Assembly: GCA_964421595.1 (NCBI GenBank)
Contig: CAYQXY010000008.1
Location: 2,774 to 66,773 of the forward strand
Reading direction: 5' to 3'
Source: an uncultured Bacteroidales bacterium
GTDB lineage: Bacteria > Bacteroidota > Bacteroidia > Bacteroidales > PUMT01
Length of the DNA: 64,000 bases
In this document: one piece after another, positions 29,503-40,648 of the stretch
Layout: each line of letters starts with the position of its first letter
Numbering within the stretch: position 1 is the stretch's first letter
The notes under the pieces: model-generated
The model's database searches: none
Told to the model about the DNA's origin: nothing
Seen by the model: the letters and a program-made list of their open reading frames with translations, nothing else
Made by a program: the position numbers and the translations under genes

Positions 29503-31257
29503 TTAATTCTTTCCATTTCTCAATCGTTTTACTTCAACAAAATACGCCCCTCTTGAAGTTCCGTCATCATCAATCAACCAGGTTTTTATTTCCGTGTCAC
29601 CTGCAACAAGTTCAACCTCAAACTTAACTGCCGTCGCTCCTATCATTACTGGTTTAGTTTCATCAACCATATTCTCAATATATAACCGTGCTGTGGTAGC
29701 TGAAAGCGGAAAACCCGCGACTTCAGGTCTTTCCATCAAAGTAAAAGTATAACGGCCGGCATCTGCTACCCGAACCCTCCATGGGCCGTTACTCTTTGGA
29801 CGTTCCATTATATGTGGTTGATTCCATGGGGGTAATTCATCCATTATCCAGTCGTGTGCATTAAGTTGAACGGGGTTCTGTTGTTCCGCCCCGATATACA
29901 AGGGTGTAATTTCATGGAATCGCCGGCCGATATCATCCCACCATAGATCATACTCAAGACTCAGCTTTTCAGCCACATCAGGATGGTTTTCTATGATATT
30001 GTTTTGCTGGCCAGGATCCCTTTTAATGTCATATAGCTGAGTTTTATCTATCAGACGCCAACGATCAGTCATGACAGAGGTCTCTTTCCACTTAATGGGA
30101 TCCACTACACGTTGATTGTGAACAAAAAGCGTTCGGTCAGGCCACTCTTTATATGTGCCGGTAAGCAACGGTACAAGAGATGTTCCGTCGAATTTAACAT
30201 TTGCTGGTTTGGGGATATCGCAAAGCTCCATCAGTGTAGGCATCAAATCAATGTGTGCGGTGATCTGGTTAATTTCACGGCCTCCTTCAATCCCGGCAGA
30301 CGGAAAATAAACATATCCAAATACGCGATGCCCGCCATCGTAATGTGAGCCTTTACTACCTCGCATACCGTTATTATAAAGGTCAGACCAGTCAGCTCTT
30401 TCATTTTCCGGCCAAATATTTGGCCCCATGCAAGTTCCGTTGTCTCCTATAAAAATCAGTATGGTATTATCCAGAAGTCTCCAATTCTCCAACCGATCCA
30501 TCATAACACCAAGGTTATCATCAATATTGGTTATCATTCCCCAAAATATTTTAAGCCGGTCACTTGTGTTTATATCCTTGTAAATGTCCTGGTATCGCTC
30601 AGGCACATGCGGACGGGTCTGATGTGCAGCGTTGGTTGGTAAATAAAGAAAAAACGGTTGTTCCTTACTTTCACCTATAAAACGCAAGGCCTCACTGAAC
30701 CAGACATCGGTGCAATAACCCTGAAATCGACGCCAATCTCCATTGTGGTTGTAGTGATCTTCAAAATAGTCGTTACCCCAAAAATCAGGGGTCTGCCCTA
30801 CTCCGCCAGCGCCATGAACAATGGCTTCATCGAAACCCCTGAATCTGGCAGCATAAGGATAAGAATCACCCAGATGCCATTTCCCGAATATACCAGTACG
30901 ATAGCCTGCCTCGTGAAATACTTCCGCCAGGGTGGTTTCATCCTCCCGGAGAAGGTTTCTTCCGTTTACCGTATGCCATACTCCCGCCCGTGCTGAATAA
31001 CGGCCGGTCATCAATGATGCCCGGCTCGGAGCACAGGTGGGATCAACATGGAAGTTCTCCAGCCGAACACTTAAGTCACGAAGCCTGTCCATATTTGGTG
31101 TGATCACATGTGGGTGTCCGTGTGAAGCAATATCGCCGTAACCCTGGTCATCTGTAAGTATGATAATGACATTTGGTTTTTGTGTATCCTCCTGTGCACT
31201 TGTAGCCAGCCCCAGTAATGCAAAAGGGATTGCTGACAGGCTGTTTAATAATTTCAT
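29503..31257 (-). CDS. S1 sulfatase (Cys-type) with an extra C-terminal domain
   Basis: KPNVIIILTDDQGYGDIASHGHP and DPTCAPSRASLMTGRY. Signal peptide present. 584 aa. Confidence 0.9.
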   Translation of the reverse strand: MKLLNSLSAIPFALLGLATSAQEDTQKPNVIIILTDDQGYGDIASHGHPHVITPNMDRLRDLSVRLENFHVDPTCAPSRASLMTGRYSARAGVWHTVNGRNLLREDETTLAEVFHEAGYRTGIFGKWHLGDSYPYAARFRGFDEAIVHGAGGVGQTPDFWGNDYFEDHYNHNGDWRRFQGYCTDVWFSEALRFIGESKEQPFFLYLPTNAAHQTRPHVPERYQDIYKDINTSDRLKIFWGMITNIDDNLGVMMDRLENWRLLDNTILIFIGDNGTCMGPNIWPENERADWSDLYNNGMRGSKGSHYDGGHRVFGYVYFPSAGIEGGREINQITAHIDLMPTLMELCDIPKPANVKFDGTSLVPLLTGTYKEWPDRTLFVHNQRVVDPIKWKETSVMTDRWRLIDKTQLYDIKRDPGQQNNIIENHPDVAEKLSLEYDLWWDDIGRRFHEITPLYIGAEQQNPVQLNAHDWIMDELPPWNQPHIMERPKSNGPWRVRVADAGRYTFTLMERPEVAGFPLSATTARLYIENMVDETKPVMIGATAVKFEVELVAGDTEIKTWLIDDDGTSRGAYFVEVKRLRNGKN

Positions 31258-31978
31258 TTTTCACTTATTTAATTTACTGACACAATATTTATCTGAGCCT
31301 AATCAGCCAAATATCCCGAATACATCAGGAATGCCTAATCTGCAAACGCCAGTCCATTAAACATCAGGGTATAGGCCGGAATCCTAAATTCATTGAATAG
31401 CCCACGGACCTGACCACCCCCACCTGTCTTCTGTTTAATGAGCGGGACAGAATCAAATATAGTTTTTAATCATTACTAAAGAAATACTTTCACTTTGTTT
31501 TGAAGGAAATTAAATCGTTTAAGAAACTATGAAGCATTCAGTATCGTTGAAATGAGCGTTCAGGCAAGTGATAAATATAGTAACTATCATTGTTTAATTA
31601 TATTTGCCAGGTTTCCTTGTTCAATGGTTTGTTAAACTTTAACATAAAAATCTGACTTTCAATGAAATAAGTGTCGAAATAATGTAATTAAATTCCTGAC
31701 AATCTGCAACTTATAAGTTAACCACAATCTGATACTGGTTACAACACCGTTTTAAAGGCAATAAAGAAATTTATTTTACATCTGTATTTTTAATAACCAT
31801 AAAGAAAAAATTGATTTTGCAGGATTGTTTTAAAGTTGTATTTTGGTTACTTCAAGTCACATTCACGATACTCTCATTATTCAATAACAATTAGATGTGA
31901 AGTACAGGGTTTGAAAAATTGAGTAGTGGTATATTATGAATTTGGAACATATTAATTAATTACCCTAAATTATGCTTT

Positions 31979-33376
31979 ATGCAAATGAAACTTGATAATC
32001 CAAAATTAATAGGTCTTTCACTTGCCGGATTAATAGTGTTTCCATTTGGATGCCAGGAGGAAAGAGGTACAGAAATCACAGTTCCGGAGAAACCCAATAT
32101 ATTAATTATATTACCAGATGACCTTGGGTGGGCTGATGTGGGTTACCATGGTTCAGATGTCAGAACACCGAATATTGATAAGCTGGCTAAAACAGGAATC
32201 ATGATGAGCCAGCATTATGTAATGCCTACCTGTACACCCAGCCGGGTGAGTCTTATGACAGGTCTTTATGCCAGTAGATACGGAGTTTTAGGGCCAGCTT
32301 ACGGAGAAGTAATTGACCTGGGTGATCCTACGTTGCCATCCATCCTTAGTGAACACGGTTATTTTACGGCTATAGACGGGAAATGGCATATGGGCTCACC
32401 ACCATATACTCCTTTGAAGTACGGATTTAAATCTTCCTATGGATATTTTGATGGTCAGATTGATCCCTACACCCATGAATATAAAACCGAGACCGAGTTA
32501 ACTGACCGGCGATCATGGCACCGCGATGATCAATATCTTGACGAAAGCGGGACTCATGTTACCGACCTTATTACAGCCGAAGCTATAAGAATTATTGAGG
32601 AAGACCGGGAAGAACCGTTCTTCCTTTATGTAGCACATCACGTACCGCATTTCCCCCTTGATGAACCCGATGAATGGATGTCCGTATATGATGATGTTCC
32701 CCTGATGCATTCTTCACGCCGGTTGTTTGCGGCCAGCGTCACTCATATGGATGATGCAATTGGAAAAATCATTGATGCACTGGAGAGGACGGGAAAACGT
32801 GAAAATACGATCATCATATTTATAAGCGATAACGGAGGTCAGTTCAGCTGGCACAGTGAGACCGAATACCACGGGGATTATGCCGATAAACCACATAGTG
32901 TACTGGGGAACAATTATCCTTTGCGTGGTTGGAAAGGTCAATTATATGAGGGGGGCATCCGTGTACCTGCACTGATAAACTGGCCGGGGCAACTTGAGCC
33001 AGGCATATTTGAATTCCCTGTCCATGTCTCTGACTGGTTGCCGACAATTTGTGCTTTAGCAGGCATTAAGCAGAATCTGAGGCCTGATCTGGATGGTCAA
33101 AATATCTGGCCCATGCTGACAGGTGAGCAGTCTGCAACCGGGAACCGGACTTTATATTGGAAAACCAACCAAACCTACGCTGTACGGGCTGGAAATTGGA
33201 AAATGCTGGTGAACAGAAATAATGATAATGTTGAATTATTTGATCTTGAAAACGATTTCCGGGAAAACCAGAACCTTAGAGATGCTAATCCTCAAAAAGT
33301 GGAAGAATTGATGGAAATACTGGAAGAATTTAAAAAAGGTGACAGGGAGCTTGAAAGCGCTCCAATGGCTATTTAA
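31979..33376 (+). CDS. S1 sulfatase (Cys-type; arylsulfatase B-like)
   Basis: KPNILIILPDDLGWADVGYHGS and MPTCTPSRVSLMTGLY. Confidence 0.9.
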   Translation: MQMKLDNPKLIGLSLAGLIVFPFGCQEERGTEITVPEKPNILIILPDDLGWADVGYHGSDVRTPNIDKLAKTGIMMSQHYVMPTCTPSRVSLMTGLYASRYGVLGPAYGEVIDLGDPTLPSILSEHGYFTAIDGKWHMGSPPYTPLKYGFKSSYGYFDGQIDPYTHEYKTETELTDRRSWHRDDQYLDESGTHVTDLITAEAIRIIEEDREEPFFLYVAHHVPHFPLDEPDEWMSVYDDVPLMHSSRRLFAASVTHMDDAIGKIIDALERTGKRENTIIIFISDNGGQFSWHSETEYHGDYADKPHSVLGNNYPLRGWKGQLYEGGIRVPALINWPGQLEPGIFEFPVHVSDWLPTICALAGIKQNLRPDLDGQNIWPMLTGEQSATGNRTLYWKTNQTYAVRAGNWKMLVNRNNDNVELFDLENDFRENQNLRDANPQKVEELMEILEEFKKGDRELESAPMAI

Positions 33377-33489
33377 GATTTCTATGGGAGGGCCGCAGGT
33401 GATTCAGATATATTCATCCGCCCTCTCCTATTGAAAGCTGCCGATTCCTCTCACTGCTGAATCTTTTAATATCTAAAATTAATAAATTT

Positions 33490-35124
33490 ATGAAGCCACT
33501 TGTTCTTGCCTCGTTAACCCTTGCAACAGTTCAGATATCCGGATGCGGCAGTCAGCAGACAGAAGAATACAAACGTCCCAATATCCTTTTTGCCATTAGC
33601 GACGATCAGTCATTCGGGCATACCAGCTTTTCCGGGAGTAATTTTATCAATACTCCTGCATTTGACCGTGTGGCTGGTGAAGGGATATATTTTGCAAACG
33701 CCTTTGCCGGCTCGCCAGGGTGCGCCCCTTCCCGTAGCGCTTTAGTTACAGGCCGCTATCACTGGCAAAATGAACATTCAGGACAGCATGCATCTTCCTG
33801 GATGAAGAAACATGTACCATTTGTAGATCTGCTCAACACAAACGGATATGTTACAGGTCGTACGGGGAAAGGGGTTTCCCCTTTCCGTTATGCACGTGAT
33901 GAGAATGATTCATTATGGCGTGAAACAGATGCCGGCGGAATTGCACACAGTAATATACGATATGAGCCCGGGACGCCAGGTGATGAAAGAACAGCTGACC
34001 TGATCAGCCTGGTGAATTATTTTGAAAACTTCAAATATTTCATGGAAAATGTGAGGGACGATAAACCGTTTTTCTTTTGGTATGGCGCCAGTGAACCGCA
34101 CCGTAATTATGAACAGGATTCCTGGAAACGAACTGATAAGAAACTGCCAGATGTCGATCTTCCCGGGTTTTTTCCTGACCATGAAATTGTAAGGGGAGAT
34201 ATGCTTGATTATGCAGTGGAGATTGAATGGTTTGATATGCATTTGGAACGGATGCTGAATTACCTGGAAGAAATCGGAGAACTTGACAATACTGTAGTAA
34301 TTGTTACCTCCGATAATGGAATGCCATTTCCACGGGCTAAAGCCAACTGTTATGAATATGGTATTCATGTACCTCTTGCCATCAGGTTTCCAAATGAGTT
34401 TCCCGGTGGAAGAGTCGTAGAAGATCTGGTAAGTTTTTCAGATTTTGCACCAACTTTTCTGGAATTAACCCAAACCAGTCCGGAGGGAATGTTGCCGGTT
34501 TCCGGGAAGAGTTTTTTACACATCCTGCGATCAAAAAAGCAGGGAATAGTTGATGAATCCAAAGAATATGTTTTTGCAGGCCGGGAGCGCCATTCCTCTT
34601 CAAGATATCTCAACTGGGGCTATCCGCAACGGGCAATCCGCAGCAGGGACCATCTTCTGATCTGGAATATGAAGCCCGAACGCTGGCCTGCGGGAGCACC
34701 ACAGCGAATAAAACCAGATACAAAAGATGAGCTTTTTCCCATGTACGGGATCGATGAAAATGGAGTACACCATTCAGAGTGGGCATTTACCGACATAGAT
34801 GCAGCACCCACAAAATCCTATATTATTGAAAATATGGAGGATGAGGCCGTAAGGTCCTATTTTGACTGGACACATGCCAAACGCCCTGAATTTGAGCTTT
34901 TTGACATAAATAACGATCCCTACAACCTTACCAACCTTTCAGGAAATCCGGCTTACGCTCAAGTGGAGAAGGAGTTGAAAGATGCTTTGCTTCAGGAACT
35001 CACAAATTCCGGCGATCCGCGTGTAGTCGGACCCGACAAGGAAATATTTGATTCTTACATCCGTTACAGTCCGATACGTGAATTTCCGGAACCGGACCGG
35101 AGCAACTTTCCCGAGAAGAACTGA
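33490..35124 (+). CDS. S1 sulfatase (Cys-type), a lipoprotein
   Basis: Lipobox ISGCGS. RPNILFAISDDQSFGHTSF and SPGCAPSRSALVTGRY. Confidence 0.9.
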   Translation: MKPLVLASLTLATVQISGCGSQQTEEYKRPNILFAISDDQSFGHTSFSGSNFINTPAFDRVAGEGIYFANAFAGSPGCAPSRSALVTGRYHWQNEHSGQHASSWMKKHVPFVDLLNTNGYVTGRTGKGVSPFRYARDENDSLWRETDAGGIAHSNIRYEPGTPGDERTADLISLVNYFENFKYFMENVRDDKPFFFWYGASEPHRNYEQDSWKRTDKKLPDVDLPGFFPDHEIVRGDMLDYAVEIEWFDMHLERMLNYLEEIGELDNTVVIVTSDNGMPFPRAKANCYEYGIHVPLAIRFPNEFPGGRVVEDLVSFSDFAPTFLELTQTSPEGMLPVSGKSFLHILRSKKQGIVDESKEYVFAGRERHSSSRYLNWGYPQRAIRSRDHLLIWNMKPERWPAGAPQRIKPDTKDELFPMYGIDENGVHHSEWAFTDIDAAPTKSYIIENMEDEAVRSYFDWTHAKRPEFELFDINNDPYNLTNLSGNPAYAQVEKELKDALLQELTNSGDPRVVGPDKEIFDSYIRYSPIREFPEPDRSNFPEKN

Positions 35125-35163
35125 CGCGATTCAACGGGTCATATTATCAACCATGTAAGGTCA

Positions 35164-36693
35164 TCATAATTGAATGATGTCATCAAGCAGTCCTCTTGTT
35201 TCAGTCAAAATTTCAGGATTGTCGGATGCAATATTGATCGTTTCTCCCGGATCACTATTCAGATCATATAGCTGTTCCTCAGCTTTAAACCCGGTTTCAA
35301 TCCCGGTACCCCAGGGAACAAGTTCAGGGCCATCATGGGCAGAAATATATTTATAACCATCATTCCTGACATATGTGAGAACATTCTGAATTGCTTCCTG
35401 AACCAATCCATCACGCCCATTCAAATCTTTCCCAATCAGGGCATCCCAGTGGTCCCTGCTGTCCTTTGCATCTATAGAATTGAATTCCTGTCCGGTAAAA
35501 GCGGCAAATGAAGCCAGCATGTCCACCTGGCTGAACAAGGCAGGGGAAACACTTCCCTTCTCAACCCTGCCTGGCCATTTGACGATCATAGGTACCCGGG
35601 TCCCTGCTTCAAAAGCGCTGTACTTTCCTCCCCTGAGCTCTCCCCATGGCTCATGATCACCTATCTTCTCAACGGCATAATCCACATACCCGTCATCCAG
35701 TACCGGTCCGTTATCAGAAGAGAAGATAACCATAGTATTTCCGGCCAGTCCCCGCTCTTCCAATGCCTCCATTAATGCACCCACCTGCCAGTCAAGCTGC
35801 ACAATCATATCTCCTCGTGGTCCGTAAGGTGTAATACCTTGAAAACGCTCATGAACGATTCGCGGAACATGGATATCAACAGGAGAATAATAAACAAAGA
35901 ACGGATCTCCTTTAGTTTCATCAATAAAATTTATTGCTTTTTCGATGAGCACATCAGCAATATCTTCATCTCTCCACAAAGCAGACTCACCGCCCTGCAT
36001 ATAGCCAATACGACTTATACCGTTGGTAATGGTATGGTTGTGGCCATGTGACCACATCATCTTCAGTAATTCAGGGTTATCCCTGCCTGTTGGGCGATCA
36101 CTGATATTTTCCTGAAAACTAACCTTTATTGGATCGTCCGCATCCAGGTTTGCAACAACATGGTTATCAATATAAACCGTCGGCACCCGGTCATTGGTAG
36201 CCGGTATAAGCCAGGAGTAATCAAAGCCTATCTCTAGTGGGCCTGGTGTTATCTTGCCGTTCCAGTCGGGTCCGTCATCGCCTCCAAGGCCGAGATGCCA
36301 TTTTCCTATGACAGAAGTACGGTATCCGGCACGCTGCATAACAGATGGCCATGTTTCTTTCCCTGGAAGAACAAGTGCCGGAGCATCTCCTCTGGCCACA
36401 CCTGTCCCCGGCTGACGCCAGGCATATTCTCCTGTCAGCAAGGAGAATCTGGATGGTGTACAGGTAGCTGCAGTGGTATATGCATTGGTGAACATAATCC
36501 CGTCCCGGGCCAGTTGATCTATATTGGGAGTTGGAACTTTCCCTCCGTAAATACCAATATCACCATAGCCTATATCATCGGAGTAAATCACAATGACATT
36601 AGGCCTGTCTTCTGATGCGTCATTCCTTGCACTCTGCTGCGCACATGAACTCACGAGCCCTGCAGTAATCAGTGGATATAAAAAAACCTTCAT
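35164..36693 (-). CDS. S1 sulfatase (Cys-type)
   Basis: RPNVIVIYSDDIGYGDIGIYGG and AATCTPSRFSLLTGEY. Lipobox-like VSSCAQ. Confidence 0.9.
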   Translation of the reverse strand: MKVFLYPLITAGLVSSCAQQSARNDASEDRPNVIVIYSDDIGYGDIGIYGGKVPTPNIDQLARDGIMFTNAYTTAATCTPSRFSLLTGEYAWRQPGTGVARGDAPALVLPGKETWPSVMQRAGYRTSVIGKWHLGLGGDDGPDWNGKITPGPLEIGFDYSWLIPATNDRVPTVYIDNHVVANLDADDPIKVSFQENISDRPTGRDNPELLKMMWSHGHNHTITNGISRIGYMQGGESALWRDEDIADVLIEKAINFIDETKGDPFFVYYSPVDIHVPRIVHERFQGITPYGPRGDMIVQLDWQVGALMEALEERGLAGNTMVIFSSDNGPVLDDGYVDYAVEKIGDHEPWGELRGGKYSAFEAGTRVPMIVKWPGRVEKGSVSPALFSQVDMLASFAAFTGQEFNSIDAKDSRDHWDALIGKDLNGRDGLVQEAIQNVLTYVRNDGYKYISAHDGPELVPWGTGIETGFKAEEQLYDLNSDPGETINIASDNPEILTETRGLLDDIIQL

Positions 36694-36746
36694 AATTAAT
36701 TAAATATTAGATGTTTAAGCTTTAAATGTATTTACTGATTATTAAA

Positions 36747-37622
36747 CTAAGGCATATTAGGGTTTTCAGGTAATCCATGACGTTTGAAAAAATCAGCAGG
36801 TGGCTCTAATAAAGGGGTCGTGTGATCGAATTCCCTTCCCAGATTCTCATAATTTTGCCTTCTCGCCCGGATATCATCATATAATTCCATATATGCAATT
36901 TGTCCTACCCTTACAGCCACCCTTCGGGGCACAACTACAACCCCGTCTGAATTGGCAACAACTATATCGCCCGGGTGAACCAATACACCGCCTACTACAA
37001 CAGGTGTTTGAACATCGATTATTTCATTCCTGCCTATTCTCTCTCCACGACCTCTTTTATAGTAATTTGTATATACAGGATTCTTTTGAAGTATTATTTC
37101 ATCTATATCCCTTATACCTCCGGCTGTAACTAATCCAACAGCCCCATTTTCCTGCCAGTCCATAATGTTTTTAGAACCTGTAGTGCCGGTATCATTGTCA
37201 TCTTTATTATCCATAACAATTACGGATCCTGGCTTTATGTACTCTCCGAAAGGTTCAGTTGACAACTGGGAATACCACATTCCTCTCCACTTGCGATACT
37301 CCTGATAGTTTTCAGGATTTGTAAGATCAGCACCAGGATGCATTGGTCTGTTGGTAGGACCATACCTTACTGTTACAGCTATACCGGAAAATGCATGACT
37401 CATATCATTCACATCACGCCACAAAGGAGATATTTCCGGATCCATGACTCCTACATCCATATATCCACAAGTAACCATTCCATCTACAACATCAGTTACT
37501 CTGGCTCCCTTATATAATTCCAGCAATACCTCATCAGACACATCTTGCTGACCAATGGCTAATTGGCCGCACAATAAATATGCTAAAATTCCAGAAATAG
37601 TTATGATAAATTGTTTTTTCAT
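36747..37622 (-). CDS. RraA-family protein (RraA / HMG-CHA aldolase fold) carrying an N-terminal signal peptide
   Basis: GAVGLVTAGGIRDIDEI..PVVVGGVLVHPGDIVVANSDGVVVVP matches the RraA-family core. The N-terminus MKKQFIITISGILAYLLCGQLAIGQQ looks like a secretion signal. Confidence 0.7.
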   Translation of the reverse strand: MKKQFIITISGILAYLLCGQLAIGQQDVSDEVLLELYKGARVTDVVDGMVTCGYMDVGVMDPEISPLWRDVNDMSHAFSGIAVTVRYGPTNRPMHPGADLTNPENYQEYRKWRGMWYSQLSTEPFGEYIKPGSVIVMDNKDDNDTGTTGSKNIMDWQENGAVGLVTAGGIRDIDEIILQKNPVYTNYYKRGRGERIGRNEIIDVQTPVVVGGVLVHPGDIVVANSDGVVVVPRRVAVRVGQIAYMELYDDIRARRQNYENLGREFDHTTPLLEPPADFFKRHGLPENPNMP

Positions 37623-37760
37623 AAAAAAAATTTAATGGTTATATTAATTCCGGATACATTATCTAATAACCTCATTATATTTTATTCACAGCCGGCGGAG
37701 GTTTCAGTGAAGTCATAAATTTACACTGAAATAAGCTTAAGGAGATAAATAGTTTCATTC

Positions 37761-38813
37761 TTAAGGTCTTTCTGCAATTTCATAATTATCAATTGCATTA
37801 AAAAAATCATTAATTATACCGTAAATGTCAAACCACTCCCAGACAATGATCTTCCTTTCATTTTCAGGCCTTTCAACCCACTGACCGTCAGTGAAAACAG
37901 GTGCAGGGTGCTCATAGCTTTCAGCCCATTCAGGATTTTTCACTATTGCAACAGCGGCCTGATCGAACAATGGTCTTGCAGGAGGAGAGCCCTCCATTCT
38001 GTAATTCTCGAACAGGTTTACGGAATAATCACCCCAATTGTCGAACTGCCCACCGTGTCGGCCTGTTATGGGCTCTGATATTCTTGGGCCTTTGCCCGGC
38101 ATCCTGTGAAGTATCTGTGCCTGTGTAACACTCACCGCAGTTGTGCCGGACGGCTCGCCGTACCGGACTGTTACCATCTCAAATGGGACATCCACGTCAA
38201 GTATGTAATTCATAGCTGGAATATCATGATTCTGGTTATGTTCACCTGGCTTGGGATAATTTGAGCCTAACCATACTATCCTTATGTTTTCAGCAATGGC
38301 GGGCTCTTTTTTGAGGGCAAGTGCGATATTGGTCAGTTTGCCGACCGGTAGCAGTATAAGTTCCTGTCCACGATCCCTGAGGGCTTGTTCAATAATAAAA
38401 TCAACTGCTTCATGTCCGTCAAATTCAGGAGAATCCAGGTAACCTTTTATCTCTTCAAAAGAACCGTTTGCACCTTTATATAGCGGTATATCTCCATATA
38501 CAGTAGATAACCTCATAATTCGTTCTGCTTCTTCATAGTCTCTGTCTACATGGCCAATTGTTTTATTGACAGTGACACCTTCAACAGCGAAAACGTCGCC
38601 ACTAAAAAGAAGATAGGCCAATGCGTGCTGGTCGTCAATTTCGTTATTTGCATCTGTATCAAAAATAACGTGATGCCTGAATGTATTTTCCTGAGATTGC
38701 TCAACAGTTTCTGTACATGAGACTAGAGCAAATACCGGGATAATGATTAATACCTTAAATATTAGAGGCCAGAGTGGCAAAGGTTTGATTTGATTGAAGT
38801 TTTTTATTTTCAT
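37761..38813 (-). CDS. Nucleoside-hydrolase-like (IUNH fold) lipoprotein
   Basis: The DxDxxxDD-type motif VIFDTDANNEIDDQHALAYLL is present. Lipobox ALVSCTE. Confidence 0.65.
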   Translation of the reverse strand: MKIKNFNQIKPLPLWPLIFKVLIIIPVFALVSCTETVEQSQENTFRHHVIFDTDANNEIDDQHALAYLLFSGDVFAVEGVTVNKTIGHVDRDYEEAERIMRLSTVYGDIPLYKGANGSFEEIKGYLDSPEFDGHEAVDFIIEQALRDRGQELILLPVGKLTNIALALKKEPAIAENIRIVWLGSNYPKPGEHNQNHDIPAMNYILDVDVPFEMVTVRYGEPSGTTAVSVTQAQILHRMPGKGPRISEPITGRHGGQFDNWGDYSVNLFENYRMEGSPPARPLFDQAAVAIVKNPEWAESYEHPAPVFTDGQWVERPENERKIIVWEWFDIYGIINDFFNAIDNYEIAERP

Positions 38814-39042
38814 AGTTTAAGGTTTTGTCCTATTATTGAATTATTATGCAGATCGGATTACCTTTCTTCCAATCGAAGGGATTATGGAAAGGCAATATCG
38901 TTAAAATATTTACTAAATTCAATAGACTGGTTTTTGTTTATATTCTCATCGCAAAAAAACGACCGGATTAGGATGTATTTAAGTCATATGATTTTTCGGA
39001 AACGGATCGGCAAATTGACGAATGATCATCATATATTTTAAT

Positions 39043-40611
39043 CTATTCTGATTCCACCTCAAATCTTCTCTGAACATTAATATAATTATTCTCCATCACA
39101 GTTGTCCGACCGGTATATTTATCTGCCATATTATTAATCTCGGTAGGATCATCTTTCATATTATACAATTCCCATGGCTCGTCATTCTTCCTTACTATTT
39201 TCCAGTCACCTTCACGATACATCCTGAATCTATCTGTCCAACCTGAAATAATAAACCCTGGATCTTCACGCTCTTGTCCCAGCAGGATGGGCATTAATGA
39301 GCTTCCCTGAAGTTTCTGGGGCTGGTGGCCGTTTATATTTTCAGGATATTCGATTCCTATGGCTTCCAGAATGGTAGGAAACAGATCAACAATATGTGCC
39401 GGCTGATGGCTAATACTTCCTGCCTGAATTTTTGAAGGCCACCACATCAATGCATGCACAAGAGCTCCTCCTTCATGCCCGTACTGTTTGAAATACCTGA
39501 AAGGTGTATTGCTGGCATTGGACCAGGCCGTGGACTGGCATCTGTACCCATCGGGGTGCCCCGGCGGGTAATCAAAATCACTATTGGAATCATAAGGACA
39601 GGCACCATTATCAGTCAAATAAATTATGATTGTGTTGTCCAGTTGGCCCTCATCTTCCAGTTTTTGCAAGACACGTCCTATGTTTTGATCCATATTGTCA
39701 ATCATAGCTGCATACACGGCCATCTCCAGATCAAGCTCTTCTTTTTCCTTATCAGACAAGTCATCCCAGGGGCGGTATAGAGGAATCTTTGCCCTCCTTT
39801 CTTCATCTCCCCCGGGGTGCCCCCTGAACTCATTCACATTTGAAGAGGGTGGACTGAGTACCACATCTTCAGAAATCAGTCCTATTTCTTTAAGACGTAG
39901 GAAGCGTTCCAGCCGTATCTGATCCCATCCCTTAAGATAGGAACCACGGTATCTGGCAATATCTTCGGGCCTTGCCTGTAAGGGGTAATGCGGGGCATGA
40001 TATCCCAGAAAGAGAAAAAACGGTTGATCACGGCTGACAGGTTCATCCAGCCATCTTAAGGCATTGTCCGTAGCCGCATCCTCTTTATGGAAGGGCTTCT
40101 TTTCATGATAAATCTGATCAATACCCACTTCTTCACCATTTAAAATAAATGGCCTTTGAAATTCCCCGGATGGTGGCTCAAAATACTCAGTGGTAGCCCA
40201 AAAGGTCAGTGACCGGTCATTCACATTGGCTGCGTAAGCGCTCTCCGGCACCCAGTTCATAAAATGCTCCTTTCCTGCATGTATAGCATAGTAACCCTGG
40301 TCACGCAGGATTTGAACAAAGTTAACGGCACGGTCACCACCCTGGTAGAGTCCGGTAAAAAGGGCAGATCTGGATGGTTCACATTTTGCTCCTGAATAGA
40401 AACGGGAAAACCTTACTCCTTCATATCCAAGCTTATCGATGTTGGGTGTATTGATCTCCGAACCAAAACAACCAATATCGGAGTAACCGGCATCATCCGA
40501 CATAATTACAATTATATTGGGCAACTGATTTTCAGCTTTCTCTACATTGCAAGAAAAAACACCCGCTCCCAAAGCAAGAAAAGCCATTGAATTCGGTGAT
40601 ATCATTTTCAT
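39043..40611 (-). CDS. S1 sulfatase (Cys-type)
   Basis: LPNIIVIMSDDAGYSDIGCFGS and GAKCEPSRSALFTGLY. Start is placed at MKMISPNSMAFLALGAGVFSCN, which avoids overlap with the upstream GH16 stop. The listed ORF extends to 40686. Confidence 0.88.
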   Translation of the reverse strand: MKMISPNSMAFLALGAGVFSCNVEKAENQLPNIIVIMSDDAGYSDIGCFGSEINTPNIDKLGYEGVRFSRFYSGAKCEPSRSALFTGLYQGGDRAVNFVQILRDQGYYAIHAGKEHFMNWVPESAYAANVNDRSLTFWATTEYFEPPSGEFQRPFILNGEEVGIDQIYHEKKPFHKEDAATDNALRWLDEPVSRDQPFFLFLGYHAPHYPLQARPEDIARYRGSYLKGWDQIRLERFLRLKEIGLISEDVVLSPPSSNVNEFRGHPGGDEERRAKIPLYRPWDDLSDKEKEELDLEMAVYAAMIDNMDQNIGRVLQKLEDEGQLDNTIIIYLTDNGACPYDSNSDFDYPPGHPDGYRCQSTAWSNASNTPFRYFKQYGHEGGALVHALMWWPSKIQAGSISHQPAHIVDLFPTILEAIGIEYPENINGHQPQKLQGSSLMPILLGQEREDPGFIISGWTDRFRMYREGDWKIVRKNDEPWELYNMKDDPTEINNMADKYTGRTTVMENNYINVQRRFEVESE

Positions 40612-40648
40612 ATTGATTCTTGATATTAAATGAACAATTCCACAACTT

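Noticed and set aside
31258-31978. A 720-bp AT-rich divergent intergenic region between two sulfatases; examined for a small gene, ncRNA or riboswitch.
   Set aside because: There is no ORF of 60 aa or more, no convincing conserved RNA motif or strong hairpin, and no exact TAnnTTTG box that I could place with confidence. It is left unannotated as a probable double promoter region.
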